From: Pseudomonadales bacterium
GTDB taxonomy: Bacteria > Pseudomonadota > Gammaproteobacteria > Pseudomonadales > UBA7434
Length of the DNA: 24,000 nt
Assembly (NCBI GenBank): GCA_049665845.1
Contig: JBATGO010000211.1
Location: 1,640-25,639, forward strand
Direction: 5' to 3'
Part shown: positions 1 to 11,453 of the stretch, in pieces
How positions within the stretch are numbered: position 1 is the first letter of the stretch
Layout of the letters: each line of letters opens with the position of its first letter
Position numbers and translations under genes: made by a program
Notes under the pieces: model-generated
Told to the model about the DNA's origin: nothing
What the model saw: the letters and a program-made list of their open reading frames with translations, nothing else
Databases searched by the model: none

Positions 1-1071
1 CTCGACGCTGGGCTCGCCCACATCGATTTTCTGGAACCTGCGCGACAGCGCCCTGTCCTTGTCGAATATCGTGCGGTACTCCTGGAAGGTGGTTGATCCG
101 AAGCAACGCATATCGCCGGAACTGAGCAGCGGCTTGAGCAGGTTGGATGCATCCATCACGCCGCCGGACGCTGCGCCCGCGCCGATGATGGTATGAATTT
201 CATCGATAAACAGGATGCTGTGCGGGGTTTTTTTCAATTCGCCCAGCAGCGCCTTGAAGCGTTTTTCAAAATCGCCACGGTACTTGGTGCCTGCCAGCAA
301 TGCACCCAGATCCAGTGAATACACTACGCTCTCTGCGAGAATTTCCGGTACTTCGCCGATCACGATACGATGCGCCAGTCCTTCCGCGATTGCGGTTTTA
401 CCAACGCCCGCTTCACCTACCAGCAAAGGGTTGTTTTTGCGACGGCGGGACAGGACCTGTACCACGCGTTCGACCTCGCTTTCACGACCGACCAGCGGAT
501 CGATGCGACCGGCACTCGCTTCAGTATTCAGGTTGAGCGCGTAGTTTTCCAGCGGGCTCTTGCTGGTACTTTCGCCGCCCAACTCATCTTCATGCTGGTT
601 TTCGCTGGGCTGTACGTTGTTTGATTCGGAACCCGACACCTTTGATATGCCGTGGCTGATATAGTTGACGATGTCGATACGCTGCACATCGTGCTGCTTG
701 AGAAAATAAACCGCCTGACTCTCTTGCTCGCTGAAAATAGCAACCAGCACGTTGGCGCCGCTCACTTCCTTCTTGCCAGAGGATTGCACATGAAATACCG
801 CACGTTGCAGCACGCGCTGGAAGCCAAGCGTGGGTTGGGTATCGCGATCCTGTTCGCTCGCACCCAAAAGAGGCGTTGTCGATTCAATAAATTCTGACAG
901 CGACTTGTTGAGGCTCTCTATTTCGACACCACATGCGACCAGCACTTCGGCTGCTTCATCATTCTCGAGCATGGCTAGCAGCAGGTGCTCGACCGTCATG
1001 AATTCGTGGTGCTTGCTCCTGGCCATCTTGAAAGCCGTGTTGAGCGTATTTTCAAGCTCTTTGTTGAGCAT
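1..1071 (-). CDS. clpA: ATP-dependent Clp protease ATP-binding subunit ClpA, N-terminal 357 codons (the 3' part runs off the left window edge)
   Basis: Hand translation of the minus strand from ATG at 1071-1069 gives [35 protein letters not shown] (Clp N-domain). Further on it gives [40 protein letters not shown] (Walker A of AAA+ D1) and [20 protein letters not shown] (Walker B). It is missing from the ORF track only because no stop lies in the window. It sits 37 nt downstream of clpS, as in other bacteria. Confidence 0.93.
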   Translation of the reverse strand, partial: MLNKELENTLNTAFKMARSKHHEFMTVEHLLLAMLENDEAAEVLVACGVEIESLNKSLSEFIESTTPLLGASEQDRDTQPTLGFQRVLQRAVFHVQSSGKKEVSGANVLVAIFSEQESQAVYFLKQHDVQRIDIVNYISHGISKVSGSESNNVQPSENQHEDELGGESTSKSPLENYALNLNTEASAGRIDPLVGRESEVERVVQVLSRRRKNNPLLVGEAGVGKTAIAEGLAHRIVIGEVPEILAESVVYSLDLGALLAGTKYRGDFEKRFKALLGELKKTPHSILFIDEIHTIIGAGAASGGVMDASNLLKPLLSSGDMRCFGSTTFQEYRTIFDKDRALSRRFQKIDVGEPSVE

Positions 1072-1108
1072 ATCTTGTACAGCCTCGTTAAAAATTCTCG
1101 TTCCCGGT

Positions 1109-1480
1109 CTAATCGGATAATGCTTCGACCTCGCAAAGCAGGGGATGTTGGTTCTCCTGCGAATACTGGTTGACCTGGGCGGCCTTGGTCTCGGCGATAT
1201 CCCGAGTGAAAACGCCACACACCGCTCTCCCCGAAGTGTGGACCGTAAGCATCAACCTTGTCGCGGCTTCGCGATCGAAACTGAAAAATGTTTCAAGCAC
1301 TTCAACAACAAATTCCATCGGCGTGTAGTCATCATTTAACATGACCACCTGGTACATCGACGGCGTTTTCAGCTTAGGATCAGCGGGCTTTTCGACCACC
1401 TGGTCTTCAATGCCCACATCGGCTGCATCGTCACTCATGAATAATGGTAGTAGAAGATTTTTCGCGAACGGCGTTTTCAT
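1109..1480 (-). CDS. clpS: ATP-dependent Clp protease adaptor ClpS
   Basis: The 123-aa ORF contains [29 protein letters not shown]...[40 protein letters not shown], the ClpS core. An alternative start at the internal Met (1438, MSDDAAD...) would give an E. coli-like length. The start is unresolved because neither has a clear SD. Confidence 0.9.
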   Translation of the reverse strand: MKTPFAKNLLLPLFMSDDAADVGIEDQVVEKPADPKLKTPSMYQVVMLNDDYTPMEFVVEVLETFFSFDREAATRLMLTVHTSGRAVCGVFTRDIAETKAAQVNQYSQENQHPLLCEVEALSD

Positions 1481-1867
1481 AGGGTTTTAGCGCGATTTTC
1501 GAGGTTCCGCACATATCATACAGGGTTGCCATCAGCTGTGTTACAGATGTGCTACTTGACTATTGAGCGCGGGCACGTTAAAAATAGGCTAAGCGCCCCG
1601 CTCGAGCAGCTAAGACATTGAAAGTTAAACGAATAGCATAGCTGGCCTGCACACTTTACGCGGATTGGGCGGAAACTGTACCGTAGCCGTAGTAACCTTG
1701 CTCCCGCAACATTACGCTACCATGCGGGAGGTACAAGTGCGCGAAAAAAAGTACCTTTTGTAGAATGCTCCGTGTCAACTGCGAAGCAGTCGCATAAGTG
1801 TCTGGCTGGACAGTAAGAGAGCGGCTCCTCGGAACACCTGCGTTGCCTGCCCAGCCTGTGCGAAATT

Positions 1868-1875
1868 TGTATAAT
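1868..1875 (+). promoter_or_regulatory. Candidate extended -10 promoter element (TGTATAAT) for cspD
   Basis: tgtataat lies at 1868-1875, about 50 nt upstream of the cspD ATG in a locally AT-rich stretch. There is no convincing -35, which is compatible with an extended -10 promoter. This is a motif match only. Confidence 0.35.
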
Positions 1876-1926
1876 AATGTTATTCATAAAAATACTACGC
1901 GACTTCTCAGCCGAGGGATCATAAAA

Positions 1927-2253
1927 ATGAAGACAGGTGTGGTGAAGTGGTTCAACAACGCCAAGGGATACGGATTTATTCTCAGCGACGACGAGAGCAA
2001 GGATGTCTTCGCGCATTATTCATCGATCGAGATGGATGGTTATCGCACGCTTCGCGCCGGCCAGTGTGTGGCTTTCGATGCGATTGACGGGCCCAAGGGT
2101 TTGCACGCGATGAGTATCAAGGTGCTCGAGGAAGTCACCCTTACCGGCGTTCCAGAACAACAGGCCGCAGCCCAGCAACCGGATCCAAACAGGGAAGCAG
2201 CGAACAGCCAGGCGCATGCAGCGACCCCTGAAGATTCCGAGTCGCCGGCCTGA
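1927..2253 (+). CDS. cspD: Cold-shock-domain protein, CspD-like, with a roughly 40-aa low-complexity C-terminal tail
   Basis: Within ORF 1798..2253 the real start is ATG 1927, preceded by gaggga. The product MKTGVVKWFNNAKGYGFILSDDESKDVFAHYSSIEMDGYRTLRAGQCVAFDAIDGPKGLHA carries the RNP1 motif KGYGFI and the CspD-type FAHYSxIxMDGYRTLxAGQ signature. It is divergent from clpS-clpA, the arrangement seen in E. coli. Confidence 0.9.
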   Translation: MKTGVVKWFNNAKGYGFILSDDESKDVFAHYSSIEMDGYRTLRAGQCVAFDAIDGPKGLHAMSIKVLEEVTLTGVPEQQAAAQQPDPNREAANSQAHAATPEDSESPA

Positions 2254-2386
2254 AGCAAACTTCACCGCGCGAACCTGCGCAGGATATACACGGCGCTTCA
2301 CGACTTAAATAAAACAACAAGCGCTTGCAAGCGGCGAACCCAATGGCCTTCCTGCTTCGCAAGGGCATGGCAAAGCATCTTTTCCT

Positions 2387-3004
2387 GTGGCAAAACTACT
2401 GCTGTTCAACAAGCCCTACAAAGTGCTGAGTCAGTTCAGTGCGCCGCGACCCGACGATACTGCAGGCGAGCGCCTGACGCTCGCAAACTTTATCAAAGCC
2501 CCTGGTTTCTATCCCGCCGGTCGACTCGATTACCATTCCGAAGGACTGCTGTTACTTACCGACAACGGCAATCTGCAAGCGCGTATAGCCTCGCCCGGTT
2601 TCAGGACCTGGAAGTACTACTGGCTACAGGTAGATGGGCAGGTATCGCAGCAGAAGCTGGATACCCTCCGGCAAGGTGTGGCGCTGAAAGACGGCAAAAC
2701 CCTCCCCGCTCGGGTTGAAATGCTGGCTAATGAGCCCACGCTTTGGCCGCGCCTGCCCACAGTTGACCCGACCCGGGCGAAACGGGCATGCTGGCTTGAA
2801 TTCACAATTTGCGAAGGTCGCAATCGCCAGTTACGCCGCATGTGTGCGGCGGTAGACTTGTCGGTTCTAAGGCTGGTGCGCCACCGTATCGGCGACTGGC
2901 GCATCGGGAACCTGCTGCCAGGCCAGCAGCGCGAGATGACAATACATCTTCCCGTTAAAAGGAATAGTGCGGCAACGCGTCGCACCGCCAGGATCACCCG
3001 CTAA
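2387..3004 (+). CDS. rluE: 23S rRNA pseudouridine synthase, RluE-like (RsuA/RluBEF family)
   Basis: The ORF starts at GTG. LLLFNKPYKVLSQFS...AGRLDYHSEGLLLLTDNGNLQARI contains the catalytic-Asp motif GRLDxxSEGLL. ICEGRNRQLRRMCAAV matches the EGRNRQVRRM motif of RluE. The gene lies next to NUDIX and mnmA genes, as in enterobacteria. Confidence 0.85.
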   Translation: MAKLLLFNKPYKVLSQFSAPRPDDTAGERLTLANFIKAPGFYPAGRLDYHSEGLLLLTDNGNLQARIASPGFRTWKYYWLQVDGQVSQQKLDTLRQGVALKDGKTLPARVEMLANEPTLWPRLPTVDPTRAKRACWLEFTICEGRNRQLRRMCAAVDLSVLRLVRHRIGDWRIGNLLPGQQREMTIHLPVKRNSAATRRTARITR

Positions 3005-3040
3005 ACGCAGTGTCGCATCAACCTCCCGGAGTAAACTGCC

Positions 3041-3496
3041 TTGAAAGAGGACGAATCAGGCGAATTCACACCGCACGTAACGATAGCAACCATTATCGAA
3101 CGCGATGGAAAACTGCTGTTTGTCGAGGAAATGAGCGGTGGGGAGCGCGTGCTGAACCAGCCTGCGGGGCATCTGGAAGCTAACGAGTCGCTGCTTGAAG
3201 CGGCCGTACGGGAAGCCTATGAAGAGACCGGCTGGCGCGTGGCCATCACCGCGCTGCTCGGTATTGCACTGTATCGCTCGGCGCAAAGCGGTATCACCTA
3301 CTGTCGCACAACCTTAATCGGCGAAGCGCTGTCCTTCGATCAAAACGCGCGTATCGATAGCGCTATTGTCGACACACACTGGCTGACCCTTGACGAAGCG
3401 CGACAGCACGCAGTCCGGCCGCGCAGTCCACTGGTGCTAGCCTGCGCCGAGCAATTCCTGCAAGGCGTGGCCTACCCCCTCGATATACTCTCCTAG
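3041..3496 (+). CDS. NUDIX hydrolase (NudJ-like by position)
   Basis: The NUDIX box GHLEANESLLEAAVREAYEETGW (Gx5Ex7REUxEExGU) is present. The ORF starts at TTG in the track. Its position between rluE and mnmA mirrors nudJ in E. coli, but substrate cannot be inferred. Confidence 0.8.
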   Translation: MKEDESGEFTPHVTIATIIERDGKLLFVEEMSGGERVLNQPAGHLEANESLLEAAVREAYEETGWRVAITALLGIALYRSAQSGITYCRTTLIGEALSFDQNARIDSAIVDTHWLTLDEARQHAVRPRSPLVLACAEQFLQGVAYPLDILS

Positions 3497-3684
3497 CGCA
3501 GCGTTTCCGGCTCCGCATTTTCGGCGCCACCGTTGAACACCGCGTTACAACACCCTGCCTGCGGCATTTGTTACAGCCGTACAACGCAGTAATTGATAGA
3601 CTCCCCCTGCTGGTCCAATCATGTCATGCGAGGTAGTGGCCGCCGCATCCATACGCAAACAATCCGGGTGGCAAAACTAGCGCA

Positions 3685-6218
<2,534 letters not shown>

Positions 6219-6310
6219 TTCGCTGGCGGACAGCCTGCGCTGGCTGACGCGGGCAGACCGGGTCGCGGCGCGATCTCCCGAAGTGCGAAGGCCCGGTCGG
6301 ATCGGCAATG

Positions 6311-6844
6311 CTAGTGCAGCGCGAGGATCTGCGCTGAATAGTTAAGAATATTTTCCATCCAGTCGTACAGCGGTTCTTCCGCGCCCGGCAGGAAGGTCAC
6401 CAGCTGGTCTGACGCAAGAATCGACTCAAACGGCTGGCGGCTGTCAATCAGCACCACTGCGGGCAATTGCGCCTCGCTGGTGGAACCTTCCGAATCGACC
6501 AGCGCCATGCCTACATCGATATCCAGCACCACAAAGCGTTCATCGAGACGCCCCCGCAATGCCGGGTCAGCCATGTAATGGGATAGCAGCGCACAGCGAT
6601 CGCAAGTTTCGGTGCGCAACACGACCAGCACAGGCTTCTGCTGCGCGCGGCCCGTATGCCAGGCAGATTCAAGCATTCGCAGGGTTTCCCCGGGTGCCGC
6701 ATCGCGCTCGTCGGTGGTTGCGGTGGATTGCCTGACCTCGCGATCGAGTTGGTCGGATGCACCTGCTGCAAGCAGCGCAGGCTCGGTTGCGCAGGCGGTG
6801 GCGAACAGTGTCAGCGCGGCTAGCGTCAGTATTATTTTTGGCAT
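6311..6844 (-). CDS. Secreted (possibly lipoprotein) thioredoxin-fold protein with a CxxC motif
   Basis: The N-terminal signal peptide is MPKIILTLAALTLFATAC, ending in either the possible lipobox ATAC or an AxA signal-peptidase site. Further on, KPVLVVLRTETCDRCALL resembles the thioredoxin-like strand-CxxC-helix arrangement. No closer family could be assigned by eye. Confidence 0.6.
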   Translation of the reverse strand: MPKIILTLAALTLFATACATEPALLAAGASDQLDREVRQSTATTDERDAAPGETLRMLESAWHTGRAQQKPVLVVLRTETCDRCALLSHYMADPALRGRLDERFVVLDIDVGMALVDSEGSTSEAQLPAVVLIDSRQPFESILASDQLVTFLPGAEEPLYDWMENILNYSAQILALH

Positions 6845-6971
6845 AGCGATACCCTTTGGCGGAACGCCGGGACAACGCGCCCCGACTGATCACTTAATAG
6901 CCAGCGAATACCGTGCCGCAATTATTTAACTTGTTTTTTTACAATTAGTTATAGAGATAATATACAGTACT

Positions 6972-7001
6972 TTATTAGACAAATGACTGGTTAACAGTCA
7001 A
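6972..7001 (-). promoter_or_regulatory. Candidate sigma-70 promoter (TTGACT-N18-TAATAA on the minus strand) inside an AT-rich island upstream of the thioredoxin-fold gene
   Basis: The reverse complement of 6996-7001 is TTGACT and of 6972-6977 is TAATAA, with an 18-nt spacer. The -35 overlaps the small inverted repeat gactg-gttaa-cagtc (6985-6999). This is a motif match only, and it would imply a leader of about 120 nt. Confidence 0.3.
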
Positions 7002-7112
7002 ACAATTCGACAGTCTCTATGCTTGCAGGCCCGCCTCGTCCAGCTCCGGTATTACAGGCGCAAACACTGCGCCAGGGATAATTACAGCAGCCAACGGCGC
7101 GGTGACAGAAGA

Positions 7113-7739
7113 TCAGGCCGAGGTGTGCAGGCCGCACTCACGGCCGTCCTGGACTTTGGTTGGATCAAAATACTTGCGCGTACTGGGCAGCTCGTGGGCC
7201 TGCATATAGTCCTCGACCTGTGCGTCACTCCAGTAAAAGATTGGCGCAACCTTGAGAATACCCCGCGCGTCCATGCTGACGATATCAAGGGTTTTGCGAT
7301 GCTCGGTCTCGTGCTGGCGAATGCCGGTCAGCCAGATCTCCGGCTGCAGGGTTTTTAATGCGCGGTCAAAAGGTTCCAGTTTTACCTGCCGCGTGAACTG
7401 CGCATGCGCTTCTTCCTCATCGACAGTCGGGATACCGCCCATAATGGCGTTGCGTCGCTCCGCGGTGATTGCCGGAATGAAGACCTGCATATTCAGTGAC
7501 ATTTGATTGATGAGGCGCTCGGCAATGACATAGGTTTCGCGCAGGTTGTAGCCGGTATCTACCCATACCACCGGCATTTCCGGCGCTATCTGCTGCGCGA
7601 GATGCAGCATCACGGCCGCGTTGACACCGAAGCTGGTGGTCGAAATAGTGGCGCGGTTTTGCGCGACCGCCCAGCGAATAACATCTTCCGCACTGGCATC
7701 GCGCAGTTGCCTGTTGATAGCGGGTAAATCCATATCCAT
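7113..7739 (-). CDS. cysH: Phosphoadenosine phosphosulfate (PAPS) reductase family protein, CysH-like
   Basis: TTSFGVNAAVMLHLA...VVWVDTGYNLRETY...KLEPFDRAL...WLTGIRQHET and the C-terminal RECGLH motif are typical of thioredoxin-dependent CysH. The CC...CxxC Fe-S cysteines of APS reductases are absent. At 208 aa it is shorter than E. coli CysH. Confidence 0.75.
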   Translation of the reverse strand: MDMDLPAINRQLRDASAEDVIRWAVAQNRATISTTSFGVNAAVMLHLAQQIAPEMPVVWVDTGYNLRETYVIAERLINQMSLNMQVFIPAITAERRNAIMGGIPTVDEEEAHAQFTRQVKLEPFDRALKTLQPEIWLTGIRQHETEHRKTLDIVSMDARGILKVAPIFYWSDAQVEDYMQAHELPSTRKYFDPTKVQDGRECGLHTSA

Positions 7740-7856
7740 TGCAAGGGTTCTTCAGGTCGAAAAGCTGCGGCGCGAAGATAATGGAAAAGTGGCGCGAGTG
7801 CCAATAACCTGCGTGAATAACCTTATAACCGTGCCAGGCGCACTATCAGTACAGCA

Positions 7857-8606
7857 TTATTTCGGCTGGCTCAGCCTGCCCAGCGTCATGGTGACCGGCA
7901 GGCGAGCGTTTCTTTTTCCCCAGTGCGCGGCCATCAATGCTGCATAGCGACGCTTCAATGCGGCCATATCCAGCGGCTGCTTCGAAGCCAGCACGACGCG
8001 ATTTTCGTAACCCGCTTCACGCAGGCCCAGTGCGTGGGGAAAACCCGCCGTATCCTGCTGGTACAGCGCCCTTGCCTCACGGCTGTGCACACAGTTGGCG
8101 ACCAGCAATCCAGCCGGAGCGAGGTGCCTTTGCAGGGTGCGGCGCCATTTATCGTCCAGCGCCACTGCGCGCTGCGGCCCTGCTTCGCCCTCGCCAAACA
8201 GGTCGTCGATAATCACATCGAAGCGCTGCCCGCCCGCGCGCTGCAGCCAGGTGACCGCATCACTGCAATGCAGGCTACAGGCATCACTGCCGAGACCCAG
8301 ATAGCGTTTCGCCAGCCAAAGGTGAAGCGCATCGAGATCGACACCGGTGAGTTCGGCAGCGGGAAAATAATCGGCAATCTTTTTTAGCGCGGCACCGCAG
8401 CCGACGCCGAGCATCAGCACGCGGCGCAACGATTGGGGGGGGCGCGCGCACAGCGGTATCCACAACATATCCCAGACGCCGCCATTCAATGGCCGCGCGC
8501 CGTTGTACTGGGAGTGGAATACACCGTTGCGGTACAGGCGCAACGAATGGCCGGCGCGACGCAGCTGGTAGTGTGTTCCGGCGTACTGCGCCGACCAGAG
8601 CAGCAC
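7857..8606 (-). CDS. Class I SAM-dependent methyltransferase / spermidine-synthase-like protein
   Basis: VLMLGVGCGAALKKI is SAM motif I (GxGxG). It is followed by ELTGVDLD and FDVIIDDLF (acidic loops) and preceded by LRLYRNGVFHSQY, resembling the spermidine-synthase N-terminal hairpin. The track ORF starts at ATG 8675 but would overlap the degQ-like 3' end by 65 nt with a Cys-rich, non-native-looking N-terminus. GTG at 8606-8604, just after the degQ stop, is the more likely start. Confidence 0.7.
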   Translation of the reverse strand: MLLWSAQYAGTHYQLRRAGHSLRLYRNGVFHSQYNGARPLNGGVWDMLWIPLCARPPQSLRRVLMLGVGCGAALKKIADYFPAAELTGVDLDALHLWLAKRYLGLGSDACSLHCSDAVTWLQRAGGQRFDVIIDDLFGEGEAGPQRAVALDDKWRRTLQRHLAPAGLLVANCVHSREARALYQQDTAGFPHALGLREAGYENRVVLASKQPLDMAALKRRYAALMAAHWGKRNARLPVTMTLGRLSQPK

Positions 8607-8610
8607 TGCG

Positions 8611-9984
8611 CTAACGCAGCACGAGATAGAGCGCGGTATTGCCGCGGACAATTCGCAACAACAGGTTACCTGCACTTCGACTCGCCACGTTGCTCATTTC
8701 TTCGAGGCTGGCAACGCGCACGCGGTTTACCGACACGATCAGGTCGCCCTCACGCAAGCCGGTACCGGCAGCTGGCGAATTAATTGCGATTTTTTCCACC
8801 AGTACGCCTTCAGCTTCTTCGCTATCTCGCAGGCTCGCGCCTTCGAGCGAGGGATGCAGCGCTTCGGCATTGCGCACAACTTCCTGATGGCGCTCACCGA
8901 CTCGCACCTTGATCTCGCGTGTTTTGCCATCGCGCAAAATACCCAGTTCGAGCTTGTCGCCGACCCGCCTTGCACCGACCTTGTTGCGCAATTGGCCGGC
9001 CGTATCGATCGGCTTGCCATCCACCGCAATGACGATGTCGTCGGGCTTCAGGCCGGCTTTTTCTGCCGCGGAACCCTCCTGCACTTGCGCGATCACAACG
9101 CCACGCTGGTTTTTATCAAGCTTGAACGCTTCGGCCATTTCCGGGCTGAGGTCCTGTATCACCACACCGAGCTGGCCACGGCGCACCTCGCCATGCTCGA
9201 GAATCTGCTCGACACTGTGCCGCGCCATATTGACGGGTATCGCCAGGCCAATACCGACATTGCCGCCGGTCGGCGCAATGATCGCCGTATTGATGCCGAC
9301 CAGTTCGCCGCGCAGGTTGACCAGTGCACCACCTGAATTGCCCGGGTTGATCGATGCATCAGTCTGGATAAAGTTTTCGTAGCCTTCAATGCCGAGGCCC
9401 GAACGACCCAGCGCGCTGACCACGCCGCTGGTCACCGTATTCTGCAGGCCAAAAGGGTTGCCGATCGCAATAACGAAATCGCCCTGCTGGAGGTGGTCCG
9501 AATCGGCTATCGGCAACTCAACCAGGTTTTTCGCAGTGATTTTCAGCACCGCTATATCAACTTCGGGATCCGAGCCGACCAGCTCGGCCTCGAAACTGCG
9601 GTTGTCTGCGAGCGTAACCACAACCTTGTCGGCGCCATCCACAACGTGCGAATTGGTTACCACCGTGCCCGCTGCAGCGTCGATAATCACACCGGAGCCT
9701 GCGCTCTGCGCGCGGCGCCGCTGTGGCTGGCTGTTTTGGGGCACGTCAAAAAAGCGCCGGAAAAACGGGTCCTGCAGTAATGGGTTAGCAACTGTGCGCA
9801 CGGTGGTTTCGGTAGAGATATTGACTACCGCAGGGTTCACACGCTTGAGTAATGGCGCGAGGCTGGGTACCGGTTCGCCACTGCTGTCGTAGGCAGGCAA
9901 ACCGGCCTGCAAGGCGGGACTATGCACTGCAAAGGCAAATATCAAAAAGTATAAAGCGCGTCTGGCATGCTCGTACATCGGCAA
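8611..9984 (-). CDS. degQ: Periplasmic serine endoprotease of the DegP/DegQ/MucD (HtrA) family with two PDZ domains
   Basis: The signal peptide is ARRALYFLIFAFAVHSPALQA. The trypsin-like triad context is TNSHVV (His), DIAVLK (Asp) and TDASINPGNSGGALVN (Ser). Two PDZ-like segments follow (GVVIAQVQEGSAAEKAGLKPDDIVIAVDG and GVLVEKIAINSPAAGTGLREGDLIVSVN). Confidence 0.92.
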   Translation of the reverse strand: MPMYEHARRALYFLIFAFAVHSPALQAGLPAYDSSGEPVPSLAPLLKRVNPAVVNISTETTVRTVANPLLQDPFFRRFFDVPQNSQPQRRRAQSAGSGVIIDAAAGTVVTNSHVVDGADKVVVTLADNRSFEAELVGSDPEVDIAVLKITAKNLVELPIADSDHLQQGDFVIAIGNPFGLQNTVTSGVVSALGRSGLGIEGYENFIQTDASINPGNSGGALVNLRGELVGINTAIIAPTGGNVGIGLAIPVNMARHSVEQILEHGEVRRGQLGVVIQDLSPEMAEAFKLDKNQRGVVIAQVQEGSAAEKAGLKPDDIVIAVDGKPIDTAGQLRNKVGARRVGDKLELGILRDGKTREIKVRVGERHQEVVRNAEALHPSLEGASLRDSEEAEGVLVEKIAINSPAAGTGLREGDLIVSVNRVRVASLEEMSNVASRSAGNLLLRIVRGNTALYLVLR

Positions 9985-10046
9985 TCCTCAATGTCTGGTT
10001 GGCATATTCCGAATAGGTACCTGCGCCCGTTTGCGCAAGGCCTGTT

Positions 10047-11216
<1,170 letters not shown>

Positions 11217-11288
11217 TGTAATACCGGAACTCCCGTCGTGAGGCAGTCAGCAAGACTTTGAATCCCGGTTGATGGTTTTTGTGGCGAT

Positions 11289-11407
11289 GCCGGGATCCGT
11301 ACGTGCTGGCCTTTCCATGACCGTCCGGCGGCATGGACGCCGCCGGCGAGCGTACACGGATGTATTTACAGCGTGTCATGGAAAGGCCAGCACGCACGGG
11401 TACCGGC
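11289..11407. repeat. Nested imperfect inverted repeat (33-nt arms with 3 mismatches, 53-nt centre carrying its own 8-bp hairpin) between convergent hemB and the acyltransferase gene
   Basis: The left arm is gccgggatccgtacgtgctggcctttccatgac (11289-11321). The right arm is gtcatggaaaggccagcacgcacgggtaccggc (11375-11407). The inner 20 nt are perfectly complementary. The centre contains ccggcggc-atggac-gccgccgg (11325-11346). There is no flanking U-run typical of an intrinsic terminator. Confidence 0.8.
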
Positions 11408-11453
11408 TGCTCCTCATATACTCACGCACCAGGCGCTTCACTTGCCGAAAATT

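Noticed and set aside
1798-1926. Upstream extension of the cspD ORF (start at 1798), and the antisense ORF 1717-2016
   Set aside because: The cold-shock domain begins exactly at ATG 1927, which has a good SD. The extension covers the promoter-like AT-rich region. The antisense ORF overlaps cspD and has no recognisable features.
1481-1926. The 446-nt clpS-cspD intergenic region, examined for a tRNA, sRNA or small ORF (for example the hairpin ctcccgc...gcgggag near 1701-1730)
   Set aside because: It has no cloverleaf-compatible structure and no conserved tRNA boxes. The hairpins are short with long loops. The region most likely just holds the divergent promoters and the cspD leader. RNA-seq would be needed to say more.
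6256-6298. Inverted repeat gaccggg...cccggtc between convergent purB and the thioredoxin-fold gene, as a bidirectional terminator
   Set aside because: The stem is only 7 bp with a loop of about 29 nt and no U-tract on either strand, which is too weak to call.
7632-7639. E. coli-type Chi octamer GCTGGTGG (7632-7639), and its complement at 13016-13023, 13671-13678 and 15458-15465
   Set aside because: A few occurrences are expected by chance in GC-rich DNA. I saw no orientation bias, and an AddAB-type enzyme would not be expected to use the E. coli RecBCD Chi sequence.
6311-7739. The CxxC thioredoxin-fold protein as the dedicated reductant for the neighbouring CysH-like PAPS reductase
   Set aside because: The thioredoxin-fold protein has a signal peptide and should be extracytoplasmic, while CysH is cytoplasmic. 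The genes are also separated by 268 nt containing a likely terminator hairpin (7057-7073) and an independent promoter region.
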